From positions 1,472,001-1,536,000 of the forward strand of contig JBJBDL010000003.1 of the NCBI GenBank assembly GCA_047285305.1: a DNA stretch of 64,000 nucleotides, in the 5' to 3' direction. Position numbers and translations under genes: made by a program. Positions within the stretch are counted from its first letter, which is position 1; every line of letters starts with the position of its first letter. This document shows positions 56,277 through 64,000 of this stretch, piece by piece. This DNA comes from Synechococcus sp. Lineage in GTDB: Bacteria; Cyanobacteriota; Cyanobacteriia; PCC-6307; Cyanobiaceae. Under the pieces are notes generated by a model. That model had not been told where the DNA came from. It was given only the letters and a program-made list of their open reading frames with translations, and did no database searches.

Positions 56277-56857
56277 GGCACCACCTGGCCAAGGGCATGA
56301 AGATCTAGTGCGCGACCCTGGAGAACGAGCCAGGCAGCGTCTGCAACGGGGTCAAGCGCTTGCGCGAGGGTTCCGAGTCGATCACGGAACAAGCCTCCAA
56401 TGCGTGTTGGGGGAACAACGCCCCAGCCTGTCTCTTCGATCACCAGAACAAACGTGCAATTTGATGCCCTGATCGAGGCGATCAGATTTTCACAGAGGTG
56501 ATCCCACTCCGGTGCAGTGAGGTCCAGGTGGTGGGCAACAAAACCACCGAGTGCATCAATCAGAACAGATTGCCCGGGAGTCAAGCCGTTGATAACGTTC
56601 ACCAGCTCTGCTCCACATTCAAAAACGCTCCAATGGTCGGGCCGACGCTGCCGGTGAGCATCCAGGCGCTTTTGCCAATCACGGTCATCCGGTCGGGCGG
56701 CCGCAGTGGCGATGTAGGTCACAACAGGGTGATGTTTCAACAAGTGCTCAGCCCAACGGCTCTTGCCACTGCGAGTTGGCCCACTTACCAGGATCAGCCG
56801 GCTGGTCTGACCGACAACGGGGGGCTCCACTGTGGAGGAGGGGTCAACCACTGCCAT
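56273..56857 (-). CDS. cobU: Adenosylcobinamide kinase / phosphate guanylyltransferase
   Basis: GPTRSGKSRWAE, YIATA, HRQRRP, EETGWGVVP, FRDRLG. Confidence 0.95.
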   Translation of the reverse strand: MAVVDPSSTVEPPVVGQTSRLILVSGPTRSGKSRWAEHLLKHHPVVTYIATAAARPDDRDWQKRLDAHRQRRPDHWSVFECGAELVNVINGLTPGQSVLIDALGGFVAHHLDLTAPEWDHLCENLIASIRASNCTFVLVIEETGWGVVPPTRIGGLFRDRLGTLAQALDPVADAAWLVLQGRALDLHALGQVVP

Positions 56858-57992
56858 TCATTCCCTTCAGCGTCGCGACGGAAGACGGAGACACACGGTT
56901 GAGGTACCTGAAAATCCAATACTTGAAGATCGTCGCCAACACCACCGGAAATGTCGCGATGAAGAGGTTGACGAAACTTTGGCTGGAGGGAAGGCCGAAA
57001 TGCTCGGCAATCCCTTCCAACAAGACCTGCCAACCTTCCGGGCTGTGGTAACCCACGAAGATGTCGGTAAAAAGGATGATGGCGAAGGCCTTGGCGGAAT
57101 CACTCAGCCCGTAAACAGCCTCATCAATAAATCCACGTAGAACACGCAGTTCATCGCGGCTCATAAAACACACCACGGCGAAGGCGATCAGACCCGTCAG
57201 ATCCGCAAAAACATTCTTGATCGCCTTGAGACTTTCCTCATCGGCATCGTGCTTGAGTACAGTCGCTTTTTCGGTGAGCTTGTCACGCAGTGCACCCTCA
57301 TCAAGGGGCTGCACGCCCTTGAGGAAGGCATCGAATTCCAGTTCTTGCTTGTAGAGCCGTAGTTTTTCAGCCGCCTTCTCTTCCAGCTGAGGCTTCGGAT
57401 AGCTCAGGAAAGGTAGTTCGGGTGAAAACTGATTCACCGCAGGTGAAATCAAATAGGTGCCAGCAATCTGCTGAACAAGCAAGGGGACCAGAACGAGAAG
57501 AAGCAGAACCCTCAGTGAAATCAGCGTGCTGTCCCTTCGGCGTCGATACCCCGCCACGACGCTGTCTTCCGTCGAGGGATCCAACTGGAGACGAATGCTG
57601 TCGAAGACACCCAGAAGCGAACGGGGGAGGGCATCCGGTGAGCGGCTGATCGACGGCGAACTGCTTGATCGCCGCGATCCATAGCGGCTGACGACGGATT
57701 CAATCAGTTGAAGTTGACGCAACTCCTGGGAATCAAGTTGGCCCCGTTGTTTCGAGAGAGTCGCTGCTGAAGTACGGCAGATGGCCAGCGCCGTTTTGAA
57801 GCGGCGAAGAATCGTGACCTGAACAGAGCGCGGTACGGAGAGCTTCAGCTCCGGCCGGATCTGCCGGTCGCCGTAGTACTCCAACTCCAGGCTTTGGATG
57901 AGAAGAGCCGCCTCATAGCCACGCTCAAGGTCACTGGAGAGCTCGATCGCTTGGCTTTTGCTGAACAGATTGATCCAGTTACGGCGGCTCAT
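56844..57992 (-). CDS. pxcA: Proton extrusion protein PxcA (CemA family)
   Basis: LSDSAKAFAIILFTDIFVGYHSPEGW, FPVVLATIFKYWIFRYLNRVSPS. Confidence 0.95.
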   Translation of the reverse strand: MSRRNWINLFSKSQAIELSSDLERGYEAALLIQSLELEYYGDRQIRPELKLSVPRSVQVTILRRFKTALAICRTSAATLSKQRGQLDSQELRQLQLIESVVSRYGSRRSSSSPSISRSPDALPRSLLGVFDSIRLQLDPSTEDSVVAGYRRRRDSTLISLRVLLLLVLVPLLVQQIAGTYLISPAVNQFSPELPFLSYPKPQLEEKAAEKLRLYKQELEFDAFLKGVQPLDEGALRDKLTEKATVLKHDADEESLKAIKNVFADLTGLIAFAVVCFMSRDELRVLRGFIDEAVYGLSDSAKAFAIILFTDIFVGYHSPEGWQVLLEGIAEHFGLPSSQSFVNLFIATFPVVLATIFKYWIFRYLNRVSPSSVATLKGMNGSG

Positions 57993-58005
57993 CGCAGTCG
58001 GGACG

Positions 58006-58677
58006 TCAGCGCGAGAACACCCACCAAGTGGCCATCGGAATGATGGTTCCAAGAACCAACAGGATGATCACCCACTTAGTGGCATCGCTCTCAGCTGTTT
58101 CCGCTTTGGTGGGAATGTTGGTGGGCAGGGTGACCCGTTCGATCTCCTTCGGAGGGCCGGGATCCTCGCCACCCGAGAGAACGGTTGAAAGTCGGGTGAG
58201 GCCATCAACGGATGCCTGGCGATAACGATCGCCCTCCCGCAGCGGCACAGTCATCGTTGTACGGGCGGTGCTCCTTAGCAGACTGGGAGGAAGCTGTGCT
58301 TCAAGTTCCTGATTTGCCACCACAGCGGAACGCTTGTTGGAGGTTTCGATCAACATCAGCAGCAAGGGATTGCCGCTGGGTGAGCTCCAGGTCTCGAGGA
58401 GTTCCTCACCGAAGCCGTTCAAGGTGATGCCGTAATCCAAACGCCGCAGCGTGATCAAACGGGCATCTACCCGTTGATCTTCAAAGCTGCGCAATTTCGC
58501 TTCCAATTCACCACGGCTGGCGCGACTGAACACATCGGCATCGTCGATCACCAACGCATCCGGCATGCTTCCACCCAGAGCAGCAGGTGAGATCGCCAAA
58601 CTGGCAGGGGCCCAGAGAAGAAGACAGACCCCGAAACTGAGCAGGCTGGCCAACAGGCGTCGTGGCGAACGGGGCAT
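58006..58677 (-). CDS. psb32: Photosystem II repair protein Psb32 (TPM domain)
   Basis: VIDDADVFSRAS, RRLDYG, EDPGPP, C-terminal TM IIPMATWW. Confidence 0.88.
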   Translation of the reverse strand: MPRSPRRLLASLLSFGVCLLLWAPASLAISPAALGGSMPDALVIDDADVFSRASRGELEAKLRSFEDQRVDARLITLRRLDYGITLNGFGEELLETWSSPSGNPLLLMLIETSNKRSAVVANQELEAQLPPSLLRSTARTTMTVPLREGDRYRQASVDGLTRLSTVLSGGEDPGPPKEIERVTLPTNIPTKAETAESDATKWVIILLVLGTIIPMATWWVFSR

Positions 58678-58710
58678 CCCTTCAAACGTTATGACTGCCT
58701 CAGTCTGCCG

Positions 58711-59118
58711 TTAGCTGTCCAGCATGTCGCGGTTCAAGGCTGCAATTGCCTCAACAACCATGCGGGCTTCGTTGTCGGGCAGTGTCATCTGATGGGTGAG
58801 CTGGTCCAAGAGATCGGTCTCCTCCGCTGTGATCTTGCGGTCGGCATGCACCAGATGCGCTGCCACAGCCAGGGCAGACTGCTGCTGAATTCGATTGAGC
58901 TGAGGCAAGGCGGAAGTGATCAAGCCCTGAACGCCCTGCTCCCGCAATAGCAACAGCAAGCTGTCAAACAATTCACCCATGGCCGCTTCAGAGCTGTCGC
59001 TGTAGAGCGATCGGTTCTCAAGCTGACGGCGCAGGGCATGGGCCTCATCCCGCCCCAGCCTTCCATCACAGGCAACAGCGGCAAGGGCAACAGCAGCAAA
59101 AGCCTCGGGAGTCGTCAT
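58711..59118 (-). CDS. TerB-family protein
   Basis: EAFAAVALAAVACDG...ADRKITAEE. Confidence 0.88.
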   Translation of the reverse strand: MTTPEAFAAVALAAVACDGRLGRDEAHALRRQLENRSLYSDSSEAAMGELFDSLLLLLREQGVQGLITSALPQLNRIQQQSALAVAAHLVHADRKITAEETDLLDQLTHQMTLPDNEARMVVEAIAALNRDMLDS

Positions 59119-59180
59119 GGCAGAGCCGCACATGTCCGTATTTGAGCAGGATGATTGCGTTCTGACAGCACCCTCTTTTG

Positions 59181-59831
59181 ATGCCAGGTCCCGCCCGAGC
59201 CGTTCTGATCTGTGCGCTCCTGTTGCTGGGTCTGACTGTGACCAATGCAGGGCTGGCGCAGATCGTGACACCGGAATTTCAACGGGCAGAAGTTCTGGCG
59301 GGTATGGCAGCGGTGGGCCTGATGCTGGTGGCGGTGCTGTGGACACGGGCCAACCCAAAGTCAGCAGAGAAAGTTCCGTTGAAGGGAGAACAGGGACTTT
59401 TGATGGCGGATCAGTTCAGCGAGAACCAAAAACAGGAGCTGGCCTGGGGAAGCCACATGCTGTTGACGGCAACGCCAGCGGCATCCGTGCTGGTGCTCTG
59501 GCGCCGTCAGGTCGTACTGCGTCGAGGTCTGATCAGTCAGGAGGCTTTCGAGCCAGGAGCGATCACCCAACGGGCCATGAAGCGTGAGCAAACCATCTCC
59601 TTGGTCAACACAACGCTCTTTCCAGGCCGAGCGGAATTCGACGCGATGCTGCCGTCACTCCCCGCCATCGTTGTTTGTCCGATGGGGAAAGAGGGGGCCG
59701 TGATCGTGGGGGGTTGGTCAGCCCGTTGTTTTACCCGCTCCGATGAGCGATGGATTGAGGGCTGGACCCAGCGGCTCAGAACGACACTTGGGGCCTGCGA
59801 GGCTTCTTCTGTGCCGCCGGACTCAGCTTGA
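59181..59831 (+). CDS. Cofactor assembly of complex C (CCB2/CCB4 family)
   Basis: RAEVL, ELAWGSHMLLTATPAA, FPGRAEF, RCFTRSDERW. Confidence 0.85.
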   Translation: MPGPARAVLICALLLLGLTVTNAGLAQIVTPEFQRAEVLAGMAAVGLMLVAVLWTRANPKSAEKVPLKGEQGLLMADQFSENQKQELAWGSHMLLTATPAASVLVLWRRQVVLRRGLISQEAFEPGAITQRAMKREQTISLVNTTLFPGRAEFDAMLPSLPAIVVCPMGKEGAVIVGGWSARCFTRSDERWIEGWTQRLRTTLGACEASSVPPDSA

Positions 59832-60942
59832 TCGTCGATTCAACCCTCGCTCCGGCTTGGCCGAAGCGGATCTCACCATCGTCCGAAATCATGGCCTCCA
59901 TACGTGATGCCCGTGTGATCTGCTCCGGTTTGGTCCGCTCAAGAACCACATCGCCAACGGCCACAACCCGTCCACTGCGCCAGTTCCATGCGCAGCGCCG
60001 GGCCGTCAATGTTTCCAACGTCTGCTCAACGCGGCAGTCATTGGAAATGATCACGCTGCCAGTGGTCTGATCCAGCTTGAATCCCCTGCCCTGCACCTTG
60101 CTGTTATTCAAATCAGCCTGAACGGGTTGATCGGATTGAAATTGCTTCGCTGAAAATAACCAACGTGTTTGGCCGGCAGTGATTTGACCGCGGTCGTTCT
60201 CCAGCACCAGCGTGACCGGTTGTTGTAGGTCGAGGTAACCCTGGCGGATGTTGCCATCCAGTCCTGAAGCGGTGAGTGTGCGGCCATCGCTGCGAATGGC
60301 CTGCACCGGACCAGGCGCCTGGAACAAACCACTCTTCAGATTCCAGGTGCCACTCCCACCGTTCACCACTGAAGAAGCAGCACTGATTGCATCAACACGG
60401 TTCAGCTGGGTTGGGCCGCTGAACTCCAGCATTTCGGTGTCTTGCTGGAACACCAGCTCGCGTGAGCGAATTTGCGTCTGGCCATCATTGGCCTTGGGCC
60501 GTTGATTAATCACCATCCGCGACTGCGATGGCGTCCAAATGAGATTGTCTCCCTCAATCGTCAGCCCCCGTTGGTTCAACTGCCGCAGCTGGACCGATCC
60601 TTCAAGAACGACGAGCGCTCCATCCCGCAACACCGTGGCGAGTTCGGCAGTGATCCTGTAGTGCGGTTGATCATTTCGATAGAGAACGCCCTCAGGACGT
60701 TGTGCACGGATTGTTCGACTGCTCAGGTCGTAACGCGCCTCGGGGCTGGTGAGATCCCAGTCTCGGTAGCCATCGTCTGCCCGCTGGCTCAAATCCAGCG
60801 ACCGGAAGACAAAGGAAGGCGTGGGTTCAAGCGCGATCGGTCGCCGCGTTGTGCAACCGGTTAGCCATGCACTCGCCACAAGGGCTGCTGTCAGACCACA
60901 ACGTGACAACCGACCCAGCATGCTTTGTTCAGAGCGGTACAT
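59776..60942 (-). CDS. LptC-like LPS export periplasmic lipoprotein
   Basis: Lipoprotein-like LTGC, WDLTSPEARY, beta-jellyroll repeats. Confidence 0.75.
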   Translation of the reverse strand: MYRSEQSMLGRLSRCGLTAALVASAWLTGCTTRRPIALEPTPSFVFRSLDLSQRADDGYRDWDLTSPEARYDLSSRTIRAQRPEGVLYRNDQPHYRITAELATVLRDGALVVLEGSVQLRQLNQRGLTIEGDNLIWTPSQSRMVINQRPKANDGQTQIRSRELVFQQDTEMLEFSGPTQLNRVDAISAASSVVNGGSGTWNLKSGLFQAPGPVQAIRSDGRTLTASGLDGNIRQGYLDLQQPVTLVLENDRGQITAGQTRWLFSAKQFQSDQPVQADLNNSKVQGRGFKLDQTTGSVIISNDCRVEQTLETLTARRCAWNWRSGRVVAVGDVVLERTKPEQITRASRMEAMISDDGEIRFGQAGARVESTIKLSPAAQKKPRRPQVSF

Positions 60943-62473
60943 CCAGTTCCAACCGGTGCATCACCGGTGTTGGCTTTGGCAGCGCAGAACAGCTGCACAG
61001 CCTGCCCCAATTCAGCTGTTTCGACCAGTTGTCTGGATCCAGGCGTTCCCCAAGTTGAGACAGGATCCGCTCGCTGAGGTCGGGCAGCAGCGGGGCAAGC
61101 AGGAGTCCAACGATGCGGGTTGTTTCCAGCACAGCAAACAAATCCTCAGCAACGCTCGCCTCTTGACCGGGTTCCTTCATGCGACTCCAGGGAGCCGTGT
61201 CATTGAGATGACCGTTCGCGGCAATGGCCAACTGAAGGATCGACTCGGCAGCGGTCTTGAACGCGAGCTGCGGCATCGCTTCCATCACCGTGCTGACGGT
61301 TTTCGCAGCCTTGAGGGCCAGTGGATGGTCAGCACTTGAGGCTGCTCCTGCCGGGGGAACGCCGTTATCGAACCACTTGCGGGCCATGGACGACGTGCGA
61401 TTCAGCAGGTTGCCGATGGTGTTGGCCAGATCGTTGTTGACCAGATCCACAAAGCGTTGCTGTTGAAAATCGCCGTCTTCTCCGAATTGGATGTCGCGCA
61501 GAAGGTACCAACGAACGGCATCGCTGCCGCATCGCTCCAGCAACAGTTCCGGGTCCAGCACATTGCCGAGGGATTTGCCCATCTTCTGGCCCTCACGGGT
61601 GAGGAAGCCGTGGCCGAACACCTTTTGCGGCACAGGCAGTCCTGCAGACATGCACATGGCAGGCCAGAACACAGCGTGGAAGCGAAGGATGTCCTTGCCG
61701 ATCACGTGCACTGAGGCGGGCCAACCGCAGGAGGCGAGCCGATCGAGCGATACCGCTTCGCCATCATCAAGAAGCGCTGTGAGATACCCCAGCAGGGCAT
61801 CAAACCAGACATAAAAGGTGTGGCCTGGATGGTCGGGAACCGGAAGTCCCCAGGACACATTCACCCGCGAAATGGAGAAGTCGCGCAGGCCTTGGGCGAC
61901 GAAATTGCGCACTTCCTGTCGTCTGCTGGCAGGGGCGATGAAGTCATCGCGCGCCACCAATTCCTCAATGGCGGATTGATAACGGGAGAGCCGAAAGAAC
62001 AGGTTCTCCTCATCGCGCCATTCGAGAGGCTTGCGGTGGATCGAACAGGAGGGCGACTCCGCTTCAGCCGGATCGTCCTTGTATTCCTCGCAATCGACGC
62101 AGTACCAGCCGGTCTGCTTGCCGACGACAATGTCTCCGGATGCCTTGACCCGTTCGTAGAACTGTTCCACCAACTCCAGGTGGCGCGGGTTGGTGGTGCG
62201 CACAAAGCGATCTTCAGATATCCCCCACTGATTCCAGAGATCGCGGTAGCGGCTGCTGACCTTGTCGCAGTGGTCCTGGGGGCTCAGCTGCTGACGTTCT
62301 GCCGTGCGCTGAATCTTCTGGCCGTGCTCATCAACACCGGTCACGAAGGTCACCTTCTCCAGCTGCAGCCGCTCAAAGCGAGCCAAGGCATCACAGGCCA
62401 GGGTCGTGTACGTGCTGCCCAGATGGGGACGATCGTTGACGTAATAGAGCGGAGTCGTAAGGGTGTAGGGCAT
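60929..62473 (-). CDS. metG: Methionine--tRNA ligase
   Basis: TTPLYYVN..PHLGS, DEHGQKI, YVWFDAL, GKDILRFH, KMGKS. Confidence 0.98.
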   Translation of the reverse strand: MPYTLTTPLYYVNDRPHLGSTYTTLACDALARFERLQLEKVTFVTGVDEHGQKIQRTAERQQLSPQDHCDKVSSRYRDLWNQWGISEDRFVRTTNPRHLELVEQFYERVKASGDIVVGKQTGWYCVDCEEYKDDPAEAESPSCSIHRKPLEWRDEENLFFRLSRYQSAIEELVARDDFIAPASRRQEVRNFVAQGLRDFSISRVNVSWGLPVPDHPGHTFYVWFDALLGYLTALLDDGEAVSLDRLASCGWPASVHVIGKDILRFHAVFWPAMCMSAGLPVPQKVFGHGFLTREGQKMGKSLGNVLDPELLLERCGSDAVRWYLLRDIQFGEDGDFQQQRFVDLVNNDLANTIGNLLNRTSSMARKWFDNGVPPAGAASSADHPLALKAAKTVSTVMEAMPQLAFKTAAESILQLAIAANGHLNDTAPWSRMKEPGQEASVAEDLFAVLETTRIVGLLLAPLLPDLSERILSQLGERLDPDNWSKQLNWGRLCSCSALPKPTPVMHRLELDVPL

Positions 62474-62559
62474 CAGAAAAGTTCGAACTCCGCTGCACCG
62501 CAGCGACGACAGACTCTAACGAGCATGCCTATCTCGCTCCACGCCAGCCGGCCCTCGTC

Positions 62560-64000
62560 ATGACGAACCGCGACGTGGTGGTCTGGGGTGGTGGCTCAGG
62601 GGCCGTCGGTGCTGCTCTTCAGAGCGCGAGATCAGGAGCAGACACGACACTGTTCACCCCTGGCCTCTGGCTGGGGGGCATGGTGAGTTCGGCAGGAGTC
62701 TGTGCCCCGGATGGTCATGAACTGACCTGTTGGCAAACAGGAATCTGGGGCGCCTTTCTGCGGCAGTTGAAGTTGGAGGAGCCGAGCGGACTCGACCACA
62801 ACTGGGTGAGTTGTTTCGGATACAGGCCGAAAACAGCCGAACGGATCCTGCAACGCTGGGTGGCGGCTGAGCCAAGGCTGGAGTGGCGTCCCCATTGCAG
62901 GCTGGAACAGGTTCACGGGCAGCAGGGTCGCCTCCAGTCTGTGGAGATCCGCAGCGCCAACGGCGTAGAAAGCTTTTCCGCCGACGTGTTTGTGGATGGC
63001 AGCGATCTGGGTGATCTGCTTGCCCTGTCGTCGGCCCCCTTCCGCTGGGGTTGGGAAGCCAAGGAGATCTGGGATGAACCCAGCGCCCCCGAGCAGTCTC
63101 GGCTTGAGAACGAAGCGTTTTTTCAACAGCAACCGATTCAGTCACCCACCTGGGTGGTGATGGGCCAATTGGATGGGGAACTCGCTCCCCGTCATGCCGC
63201 TGCGATACCGCGGATTCCTTTCGATCAGAGCACCGCCAGCTTCGGCCTCGAGAAAACCATCACCTATGGCCGTCTGCCCAGCGGCCTTGTCATGCTCAAT
63301 TGGCCTCTGGAGGGCAATGACTGGCACAACGGCCTCGATCGAGCCATCTGTGCTGATGGTGAGGTTCGTACGGAGTTGGCCCAGGAGATGCAGCGGCACA
63401 GCAAGGATTTCCTTGCGGCGCTGGAGGAATGCAGCGGTGGTTGGCTCACCGCCGGCAACGCCTTCCCGGGAGCCGATCCCAGCCTGGCGTTGATGCCGTA
63501 CTGGCGAGAAAGTCGGCGGCTTATGGGACGCACAACGGTCACGGAACGCGACCTCTTGCCGATCTCCACAAAAGCCCTGCGGGGACCGCTCCCCATCGAT
63601 GCCCAGGGACGCTGCACCAGCATCGCTGTGGGCACCTATGCCAATGACCATCACTACCCGGGCGAGGACTGGCCACTCGCGCCGAAAAGCCTGCGTTGGG
63701 GAGGACGTTGGAGCGGTACGCCCTTCTGCATCCCCTTCGATGCCCTGATCTCAGACTCGATCCCCAACCTTGTGATGGCCGAGAAAGGCTTCAGCGTCAG
63801 CCACATGGCCAATGGGGCCACGCGTCTGCAGCCCTTGATTCTCAACCTGGGCCAGGTGGCGGGTCTGGCAGCGGCCATGGCCGTTCGCCAGGGCTGTGAC
63901 CTTGTTGATCTAAATGTTGAGGCCATCCAGTCAGCCCTGATCCACGAGCCGCAGGCCCCTGCAGCAGTCCTCCCGATCTGGGACTGGCCGTACTGGCATC
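62560..64000 (+). CDS. FAD-dependent oxidoreductase (FAD_oxidored family); runs off the right edge
   Basis: Manual translation MTNRDVVVWGGGSGAVGAALQSARSGA...WLGGMVSSAGV, DGSDLGDL, PYWRESRR, SVSHMANGATRLQP. Confidence 0.9.
   Translation, partial: MTNRDVVVWGGGSGAVGAALQSARSGADTTLFTPGLWLGGMVSSAGVCAPDGHELTCWQTGIWGAFLRQLKLEEPSGLDHNWVSCFGYRPKTAERILQRWVAAEPRLEWRPHCRLEQVHGQQGRLQSVEIRSANGVESFSADVFVDGSDLGDLLALSSAPFRWGWEAKEIWDEPSAPEQSRLENEAFFQQQPIQSPTWVVMGQLDGELAPRHAAAIPRIPFDQSTASFGLEKTITYGRLPSGLVMLNWPLEGNDWHNGLDRAICADGEVRTELAQEMQRHSKDFLAALEECSGGWLTAGNAFPGADPSLALMPYWRESRRLMGRTTVTERDLLPISTKALRGPLPIDAQGRCTSIAVGTYANDHHYPGEDWPLAPKSLRWGGRWSGTPFCIPFDALISDSIPNLVMAEKGFSVSHMANGATRLQPLILNLGQVAGLAAAMAVRQGCDLVDLNVEAIQSALIHEPQAPAAVLPIWDWPYWH

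Noticed and set aside
48648..59831. Convergent 3' overlaps (kinase/rpmF 37 bp; CCB/LptC-like 56 bp)
   Set aside because: Short tail-to-tail overlaps are common in compact picocyanobacterial genomes.

Overview
A 64 kb chromosomal segment of a marine picocyanobacterium. The gene set and order (nrdJ, prfC, hslO, phnDCE, ispG, mfd, tldD/E, acsF, psb30, recJ, ftsH, pxcA, psb32, metG) and the GC-rich codons point to marine Synechococcus; this is inferred, not searched. Two blocks of ordinary core genes (1-21270 and 31940-64000, the latter with tRNA-Met) flank a visibly more AT-rich island of about 10.6 kb (about 21300-31900). The island has no intact integrase or tRNA that I can see. It holds about 25 micro-ORFs and pseudogenes, many below the 60-aa ORF-track cutoff. 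Manual frame-by-frame reading of the island shows: (i) a frameshifted HK97-type major capsid gene relic and a co-oriented SF4/AAA_25 helicase relic, suggesting an eroded phage satellite, tycheposon-like element or prophage; (ii) two apparently intact island members of a 55-59 aa microprotein family (T-x-[LM]KW-x2-[ND]G-x-L[ST]-x2-D) whose third member lies in the core region; (iii) three DUF1651-like copies at different stages of decay; (iv) a stand-alone DnaJ-type zinc-finger microprotein; (v) a 60-bp dispersed repeat and a GCGCA-N6-TGCGCA palindrome near both ends of the AT-rich core. Outside the island there is an internally deleted sigma-70 gene with tandem palindromes upstream, and an RNase R homologue with a degenerate active site. 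All family assignments come from recognising motifs by eye; no database searches were run.
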